Assembly: GCA_043228905.1 (NCBI GenBank)
Contig: JBHGNT010000100.1
Coordinates: forward strand, 1 to 64,000
Length of the DNA stretch: 64,000 nt
Direction: 5' to 3'
From: Azolla caroliniana
Lineage: Eukaryota; Plantae; Polypodiophyta
Position numbers and translations under genes: made by a program. Position 1 is the first letter of the stretch; every line of letters begins with the position of its first letter. This document shows, one piece after another, positions 56,901 through 64,000 of this stretch. Below the pieces are notes generated by a model. The model made no database searches, had not been told where the DNA came from, and saw only the letters and a list, made by a program, of their open reading frames with translations.

Positions 56901-59900
56901 CATATCATAGCTAGCGTTGTTAGCTTCGATTCGCATGTTTGAACACAAAATTCGGATATCACACGAGCCAGGTATGAACATTTTAATTTACTCAAGGGCT
57001 TCTCTCAACTCACTCCTCAAATTTGGTAATCTCATCATGACTCTCGACCTGAGTTTGAAAATCTTGATTTTTTAATTCCATATCATAGCTAGCGTTGTTA
57101 GCTTCGATTCGCATGTTTGAACACAAAAATCCGATATCACACGAGCCAGGTATGAACATTTTAATTTAACTCATAGCTCTTCTTAACTCACTCCTCAAAT
57201 TTGGTAATTTCGTCATGTCTCTCGACCTGAGTTTGAAAATCTTGATTTTTTAATTCCATATCATAGCTAGCGTTGTTAGCTTCGATTCGCATGTTTGAAC
57301 ACAAAATTCGGATATCACACGAGCCAGGTATGAACATTTTAATTTACTCAAGGGCTTCTCTCAACTCACTCCTCAAATTTGGTAATTTCGTCATATCTCG
57401 CGACCTGAGTTTCAAAATCTTGATTTTCTAATTCTATATCACAGCTAGTGTTGTTAGCTTCGATTCGCTTGTTTGAACACAAAAATCCGATATCACACGA
57501 GCCAGGTATGAACATTTTAATTTACTCAAGGGCTTCTCTCAACTCACTCCTCAAATTTGGTAATCTCATCATGTCTCTCAACTTGAGTTTGAAAATCTTG
57601 ATTTTTTAATTCCATATCATAGCTAGCGTTGTTAGCTTCGATTCGCATGTTTGAACACAAAAATCCGATATCACACGAGCCAGGTATGAACATTTTAATT
57701 TAACTCATAGCTCTTCTTAACTCACTCCTCAAATTTGGTATTTTCGTCATGTCCCTCGACCTGAGTTTCAAAATCTTGATTTTCTAATTCTATATCATCT
57801 CTAGCGTTGTTAGCTTCGATTCGCATGTTTGAACACAAAAATCCGATATCACACGAGCCAGGTATGTACATTTTAATTTACTCAAGGGCTTCTCTCAACT
57901 CACTCCTCAAATTTGGTAATTTCGTCATATCTCGCGACCTGAGTTTCAAAATCTTGATTTTCTAATTCTATATCACAGCTAGTGTTGTTAGCTTCGATTC
58001 GCTTGTTTGAACACAAAAATCCGATATCACACGAGCCAGGTATGAACATTTTAATTTACTCAAGGGCTTCTCTCAACTCACTCCTCAAATTTGGTAATCT
58101 CATCATGTCTCTCGACTTGAGTTTGAAAATCTTGATTTTTTAATTCCATATCATAGCTAGCGTTGTTAGCTTCGATTCGCATGTTTGAACACAAAAATCC
58201 GATATCACACGAGCCAGGTATGAACATTTTAATTTACTCAAGGGCTTCTCTGAACTCACTCCTCAAATTTGGTAATCTCATCATGTCTTTCGACCTGAGT
58301 TTCAAAATCTTGATTTTTTAATTCCATATCATAGCTAGCGTTGTTAGCTTCGATTCGCATGTTTGAACACAAAAATCCGATATCACACGAGCCAGGTATG
58401 AACATTTTAATTTAACTCATAGCTCTTCTTAACTCACTCCTCAAATTTGGTATTTTCGTCATGTCTCTCGACCTGAGTTTCAAAATCTTGATTTTCTAAT
58501 TCTATATCACAGCTAGTGTTGTTAGCTTCGATTCGCTTGTTTGAACACAAAAATCCGATATCACACGAGCCAGGTATGAACATTTTAATTTACTCAAGGG
58601 CTTCTCTCAACTCACTCCTCAAATTTGGTAATCTCATCATGTCTCTCGACCTGAGTTTGAAAATCTTGATTTTTTAATTCCATATCATAGCTAGCGTTGT
58701 TAGCTTCGATTCGCATGTTTGAACACAAAAATCCGATATCACACGAGCCAGGTATGACCATTTTAATTTAACTCATAGCTCTTCTTAACTCACTCCTCAA
58801 ATTTGGTAATTTCGTCATGTCTCTCGACCTGAGTTTGAAAATCTTGATTTTTTAGTTCTATATGATAGCTAGCGTTGTTAGCTTCGATTCGCATGTTTGA
58901 ACACAAAATTCGGATATCACACGAGCCAGGTATGAACATTTTAATTTACTCAAGGGCTTCTCTGAACTCACTCCTCAAATTTGGTAATCTCATCATGTCT
59001 CTCGACCTGAGTTTGAAAATCGTGATTTTTTAACTCCATATCATAGCTAGCGTTGTTAGCTTCGATTCGCATGTTTGAACACAAAAATCCGATATCACAA
59101 GAGCCAGGTATGAACATTCTAATTTACTCAAGGGCTTCTCTCAACTCACTCCTCAAATTTGGTAATTTCGTCATGTCTCGCGACCTGAGTTTGAAAATCT
59201 TGATTTTTTAATTCCATATCATAGCTAGCGTTGTTAGCTTCGATTCGCATGTTTGAACACAAAAATCCGATATCACACGAGCCAGGTATGAACATTTTAA
59301 TTTACTCAAGGGCTTCTCTGAACTCACTCCTCAAATTTGGTAATCTCATCATGTCTTTCGACCTGAGTTTCAAAATCTTGATTTTTTAATTCCATATCAT
59401 AGCTAGCGTTGTTAGCTTCGATTCGCATGTTTGAACACAAAAATCCGATATCACACGAGCCAGGTATGAACATTTTAATTTAACTCATAGCTCTTCTTAA
59501 CTCACTCCTCAAATTTAGTAATTTCGTCATGTCTCTCGACCTGAGTTTGAAAATCTTGATTTTTTAATTCCATATCATAGCTAGCGTTGTTAGCTTCGAT
59601 TCGCATGTTTGAACACAAAATTCGGATATCACACGAGCCAGGTATGAACATTTTAATTTACTCAAGGGCTTCTCTCAACTCACTCCTCAAATTTGGTAAT
59701 CTCATCATGTCTCTCGACCTGAGTTTGAAAATCTTGATTTTTTAATTCCATATCATAGCTAGCGTTGTTAGCTTCGATTCGCATGTTTGAACACAAAAAT
59801 CCGATATCACACGAGCCAGGTATGAACATTTTAATTTAACTCATAGCTCTTCTTAACTCACTCCTCAAATTTAGTAATTTCGTCATGTCTCTCGACCTGA

Positions 59901-62900
59901 GTTTGAAAATCTTGATTTTTTAATTCTATATCATAGCTAGCGTTGTTAGCTTCGATTCGCATGTTTGAACACAAAAATCCGATATCACACGAGCCAGGTA
60001 TGAACATTTTAATTTACTCAAGGGCTTCTCTGAACTCACTCCTCAAATTTGGTAATCTCATCATGTCTTTCGACCTGAGTTTCAAAATCTTGATTTTTTA
60101 ATTCCATATCATAGCTAGCGTTGTTAGCTTCGATTCGCATGTTTGAACACAAAAATCCGATATCACACGAGCCAGGTATGAACATTTTAATTTACTCAAG
60201 GGCTTCTCTCAACTCACTCCTCAAATTTGGTAATTTCGTCATATCTCGCGACCTGAGTTTCAAAATCTTGATTTTCTAATTCTATATCACAGCTAGTGTT
60301 GTTAGCTTCGATTCGGTTGTTTGAACACAAAAATCCGATATCACACGAGCCAGGTATGAACATTTTAATTTACTCAAGGGCTTCTCTCAACTCACTCCTC
60401 AAATTTGGTAATCTCATCATGTCTCTCGACTTGAGTTTGAAAATCTTGATTTTTTAATTCCATATCATAGCTAGCGTTGTTAGCTTCGATTCGCATGTTT
60501 GAACACAAAAATCCGATATCACACGAGCCAGGTATGAACATTTTAATTTACTCAAGGGCTTCTCTGAACTCACTCCTCAAATTTGGTAATCTCATCATGT
60601 CTTTCGACCTGAGTTTCAAAATCTTGATTTTTTAATTCCATATCATAGCTAGCGTTGTTAGCTTCGATTCGCATGTTTGAACACAAAAATCCGATATCAC
60701 ACGAGCCAGGTATGAACATTTTAATTTACTCAAGGGCTTCTCTCAACTCACTCCTCAAATTTGGTAATTTCGTCATATCTCGCGACCTGAGTTTCAAAAT
60801 CTTGATTTTCTAATTCTATATCACAGCTAGTGTTGTTAGCTTCGATTCGCTTGTTTGAACACAAAAATCCGATATCACACGAGCCAGGTATGAACATTTT
60901 AATTTACTCAAGGGCTTCTCTCAACTCACTCCTCAAATTTGGTAATCTCATCATGTCTCTCGACTTGAGTTTGAAAATCTTGATTTTTTAATTCCATATC
61001 ATAGCTAGCGTTGTTAGCTTCGATTCGCATGTTTGAACACAAAAATCCGATATCACACGAGCCAGGTATGAACATTTTAATTTACTCAAGGGCTTCTCTG
61101 AACTCACTCCTCAAATTTGGTAATCTCATCATGTCTTTCGACCTGAGTTTCAAAATCTTGATTTTTTAACTCCATATCATAGCTAGCATTGTTAGCTTCG
61201 ATTCGCATGTTTGAACACGAAAATCCGATATCACACGAGCCAGGTATGAACATTTTAATTTAACTCATAGCTCTTCTTAACTCACTCCTCAAATTTGGTA
61301 TTTTCGTCATGTCTCTCGACCTGAGTTTCAAAATCTTGATTTTCTAATTCTATATCACAGCTAGTGTTGTTAGCTTCGATTCGCTTGTTTGAACACAAAA
61401 ATCCGATATCACACGAGCCAGGTATGAACATTTTAATTTACTCAAGGGCTTCTCTCAACTCACTCCTCAAATTTGGTAATCTCATCATGTCTCTCGACCT
61501 GAGTTTGAAAATCTTGATTTTTTAATTCCATATCATAGCTAGCGTTGTTAGCTTCGATTCGCATGTTTGAACACAAAAATCCGATATCACACGAGCCAGG
61601 TATGAACATTTTAATTTAACTCATAGCTCTTCTTAACTCACTCCTCAAATTTAGTAATTTCGTCATGTCTCTCGACCTGAGTTTGAAAATCTTGATTTTT
61701 TAATTCCATATCATAGCTAGCGTTGTTAGCTTCGATTCGCATGTTTGAACACAAAATTCGGATATCACACGAGCCAGGTATGAACATTTTAATTTACTCA
61801 AGGGCTTCTCTCAACTCACTCCTCAAATTTGGTAATCTCATCATGTCTCTCGACCTGAGTTTGAAAATCTTGATTTTTTAATTCCATATCATAGCTAGCG
61901 TTGTTAGCTTCGATTCGCATGTTTGAACACAAAAATCCGATATCACACGAGCCAGGTATGAACATTTTAATTTAACTCATAGCTCTTCTTAACTCACTCC
62001 TCAAATTTAGTAATTTCGTCATGTCTCTCGACCTGAGTTTGAAAATCTTGATTTTTTAATTCTATATCATAGCTAGCGTTGTTAGCTTCGATTCGCATGT
62101 TTGAACACAAAAATCCGATATCACACGAGCCAGGTATGAACATTTTAATTTACTCAAGGGCTTCTCTGAACTCACTCCTCAAATTTGGTAATCTCATCAT
62201 GTCTTTCGACCTGAGTTTCAAAATCTTGATTTTTTAATTCCATATCATAGCTAGCGTTGTTAGCTTCGATTCGCATGTTTGAACACAAAAATCCGATATC
62301 ACACGAGCCAGGTATGAACATTTTAATTTACTCAAGGGCTTCTCTCAACTCACTCCTCAAATTTGGTAATTTCGTCATATCTCGCGACCTGAGTTTCAAA
62401 ATCTTGATTTTTTAACTCCATATCATAGCTAGCATTGTTAGCTTCGATTCGCATGTTTGAACACGAAAATCCGATATCACACGAGCCAGGTATGAACATT
62501 TTAATTTAACTCATAGCTCTTCTTAACTCACTCCTCAAATTTGGTATTTTCGTCATGTCTCTCGACCTGAGTTTCAAAATCTTGATTTTCTAATTCTATA
62601 TCACAGCTAGTGTTGTTAGCTTCGATTCGCTTGTTTGAACACAAAAATCCGATATCACACGAGCCAGGTATGAACATTTTAATTAACTCAAGGGCTTCTC
62701 TCAACTCACTCCTCAAATTTGGTAATCTCATCATGTCTCTCGACCTGAGTTTCAAAATCTTGATTTTTTAATTCCATATCATAGCTAGCGTTGTTAGCTT
62801 CGATTCGCATGTTTGAACACAAAAATCCGATATCACACGAGCCAGGTATGAACATTTTAATTTACTCAAGGGCTTCTCTGAACTCACTCCTCAAATTTGG

Positions 62901-63386
62901 TAATCTCATCATGTATTTCGACCTGAGTTTCAAAATCTTGATTTTTTAATTCCATATCATAGCTAGCGTTGTTAGCTTCGATTCGCATGTTTGAACACAA
63001 AAATCCGATATCACACGAGCCAGGTATGAACATTTTAATTTACTCAAGGGCTTCTCTCAACTCACTCCTCAAATTTGGTAATTTCGTCATGTCTCGCGAC
63101 CTGAGTTTCAAAATCTTGATTTTTTAACTCCATATCATAGCTAGCATTGTTAGCTTCGATTCGCATGTTTGAACACAAAAATCCGATATCACACGAGCCA
63201 AGTATGAACATTTTAATTTACTCAAGGGCTTCTCTCAACTCACTCCTCAATTTTGGTAATTTCGTCATGTCATATCATAGCTAGCATTGTTAGCTTCGAT
63301 TCGCATGTTTGAACACAAAAATCCGATATCACACGAGCCAGGTATGAACATTTTAATTTAACTCATAGCTCTTCTTAACTCACTCC
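53901..63386. repeat. Satellite subfamily B domain (~53 monomers)
   Basis: B diagnostics throughout, with two interspersed monomer types (TACTCAAGGGCTTCTCTC and TAACTCATAGCTCTTCTT). B lacks the GAATTC (EcoRI) site common in A. Confidence 0.95.
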
Positions 63387-63457
63387 TGTCATAACTAGAC
63401 TCGAACCCATAACCTTTTGTTACACGGGTCGAGACTTTACCATTAGGTTATGAATTG
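63387..63457 (-). other. Degenerate tRNA-like unit with Pol III A box and B box at the U3 end of the LTR
   Basis: The minus strand reads CAATTCA-TAACCTAATGGTAAAGT-CTCGACCCGTGTAACAAA-AGGTT-ATGGGTTCGAGTCTAGT-TATGACA. An A-box-like TAACCTAATGG lies at 63450-63440 and a B box GGTTCGAGTCT at 63407-63397, with tRNA-canonical spacing. Acceptor and anticodon stems do not pair, so it is not a functional tRNA. Confidence 0.6.
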
Positions 63458-63509
63458 TAATTTGAAGGATATTATTTTCATTTAGGTTTTATTGGGAAAT
63501 TGATGTATA

Positions 63510-63557
63510 TTCCAGATTTCTCTGGAACATTCTAGAAACTTCAGGAGTATTCCTGAA
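63510..63557. promoter_or_regulatory. Heat-shock element array (alternating nGAAn/nTTCn, 10 in-phase units)
   Basis: TTC-ca-GAT-tt-CTC-tg-GAA-ca-TTC-ta-GAA-ac-TTC-ag-GAG-ta-TTC-ct-GAA: 7 of 10 units are perfect, including four consecutive perfect units at 63525-63542. This matches the established HSF binding consensus. Confidence 0.78.
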
Positions 63558-63562
63558 GACAC

Positions 63563-63570
63563 TGTAAAAG
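63563..63570 (+). promoter_or_regulatory. TATA-like box of the LTR promoter
   Basis: TGTAAAAG (one mismatch to TATAAAAG) lies just downstream of the HSE array and ~30 bp upstream of the transcription start predicted independently from the self-primer (63596). Confidence 0.55.
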
Positions 63571-63595
63571 GAGGCGCAAGGCATTAGTTCGAACC

Positions 63596-63607
63596 AAATC
63601 GGTTCAA
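63596..63607 (+). other. Predicted self-primer (5' end of the transcript, start of R)
   Basis: AAATCGGTTCAA is the exact reverse complement of TTGAACCGATTT at 63854-63865. Confidence 0.75.
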
Positions 63608-63676
63608 CGCCAGTCTTAAGCCTTCTAACTACTGTTGTATATCTTCCGTCATATAATACATATATCTTTCGCATCA

Positions 63677-63680
<4 letters not shown>

Positions 63681-63718
<38 letters not shown>
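63681..63718. repeat. (TC)19 microsatellite within the LTR
   Basis: Perfect 38-bp TC dinucleotide run. Confidence 0.98.
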
Positions 63719-63722
<4 letters not shown>

Positions 63723-63752
63723 ATTCCTTCTCTCAAAGTTCGACACCTCTCA

Positions 63753-63819
63753 TAGTACTAATCGTTCTCTGTCTTAGTACTATTCCCCAACAATAGTACT
63801 AATCCTTCTTTTAGTACTA
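63753..63819. repeat. Four copies of the palindrome TAGTACTA in the U5 part of the LTR
   Basis: TAGTACTA at 63753, 63775, 63794 and 63812 (spacing 22, 19, 18 bp), each followed by a short pyrimidine-rich stretch. Confidence 0.9.
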
Positions 63820-63853
63820 ATTCCTTCTCTGCCTTAATAGAGTTCCTGACAGT

Positions 63854-63865
63854 TTGAACCGATTT
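63854..63865 (+). other. Primer binding site, self-priming type
   Basis: Begins 2 nt after the LTR end (TGACA-GT-TTGAACCGATTT). It lacks the TGG start expected for pairing with a tRNA CCA end and is complementary to 63596-63607. Confidence 0.75.
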
Positions 63866-63939
63866 TGACTACTAGTCTCCCTCTTCCTTCTGTCTCCCTC
63901 CTTTCCTACTAGTCTCTTATTTCCCTTTTCCTTCATCCC

Positions 63940-64000
63940 ATGGCCACCGTTAGCGCTGAAGAGTATCAATCCGTTTTCTCGGAATTTCAATGCTTGAAAG
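63940..64000 (+). CDS. Probable gag/gag-pol N-terminus, truncated by the window edge (MATVSAEEYQSVFSEFQCLK...)
   Basis: First ATG after the PBS and leader, context CCCATGG, with 20 open codons to the window end. The product is inferred from position only. Confidence 0.5.
   Translation, partial: MATVSAEEYQSVFSEFQCLK

Larger units (their letters stand above)
1..63386. repeat. Tandem satellite array, 178-bp monomer (~356 copies), putative centromeric/pericentromeric satellite
   Basis: The motif GATATCACACGAGCCAGGTATGAACATTTTAAT recurs every 178 bp (AACATTTTAA at 1, 179, 357...), and ORF-track starts are spaced in multiples of 178. All monomers are in one orientation. The array is open at the left edge and ends abruptly at 63386. 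Centromeric identity is inferred only from monomer size, homogeneity and higher-order structure. Confidence 0.99.
63387..63851 (+). repeat. 5' LTR (465 bp)
   Basis: Terminal inverted repeat TGTCA (63387-63391) / TGACA (63847-63851), extending imperfectly (TGTCAT-AACT versus TGTCAGGAACT, the reverse complement of the right end). It contains promoter-like elements. The second LTR is outside the window. Confidence 0.83.
63387..64000 (+). mobile_element. 5' end of an LTR retrotransposon, probably Ty3/Gypsy of the self-priming Tf1/sushi-like chromovirus type, inserted in the satellite
   Basis: The satellite stops mid-monomer (CACTCC|TGTCA). A TG...CA-bounded 465-bp unit follows, then a 2-nt spacer, a PBS-like 12-mer, a pyrimidine-rich leader and an ATG-initiated ORF. 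Clade assignment is inferred from the priming mode because no RT or integrase sequence is in the window. Confidence 0.85.

Noticed and set aside
119-62755. Hundreds of 60-108 aa ORFs (MLASIRIFEHRNPISHEPGMN... and reverse-strand versions)
   Set aside because: They are translations of the satellite monomer. Most begin at non-ATG codons such as TTG, the frame shifts each monomer (178 is not divisible by 3), stops appear at random among variants, and they largely vanish in subfamily B.
1-63386. CRISPR-like array (conserved block alternating with variable block)
   Set aside because: The variable parts are homologous to each other rather than unique spacers, the period is 178 bp, and there are no cas genes.
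63387-63457. Functional tRNA gene (GTG at the anticodon position, His-like)
   Set aside because: Acceptor and anticodon stems do not pair and the T stem is weak. It is retained only as a tRNA-like promoter unit.
63587-63595. Second B-box-like motif GTTCGAACC just upstream of the predicted transcription start
   Set aside because: No convincing A box lies at a suitable distance, and the motif is explained by the local GAACC/GGTTC hairpin. A 9-mer match alone is insufficient.
63489-63680. 63-aa minus-strand ORF (MMMRKIYVLY...)
   Set aside because: It is short, lies antisense across the LTR promoter region and has no recognisable domain.
63387-63851. Solo LTR, MITE or 3' LTR interpretation
   Set aside because: The satellite does not resume after TGACA and there is no TSD there. 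A PBS-like site, leader and ATG follow instead, indicating a 5' LTR on the plus strand.

Overview
Eukaryotic satellite DNA. Positions 1-63386 are one head-to-tail array of about 356 copies of a 178-bp AT-rich monomer, centromere-like in size and organisation. I do not recognise the monomer, and it does not resemble Arabidopsis CEN178 as I recall it. The array has two subfamilies: A (1-51061 and ~52331-53900) and B (51062-~52330 and 53901-63386). It shows nested higher-order duplications, and the A/B junction carries a 10-bp deletion scar that was itself tandemly duplicated (2839-bp period). At 63387 the array is interrupted mid-monomer by the 5' end of an LTR retrotransposon: a 465-bp LTR (TGTCA...TGACA), a leader, and the start of a probable gag ORF at 63940. 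This LTR is the most interesting part of the window. (i) Its PBS is not tRNA-complementary but matches 12 nt inside the LTR perfectly, as in Tf1/sushi-type self-priming. (ii) Ten in-phase heat-shock-element units sit directly upstream of a TATA-like box. (iii) Its first 71 bp are an antisense tRNA-like unit with Pol III A and B boxes at canonical spacing, facing out into the satellite. The ORFs in the supplied track are repeat artefacts.
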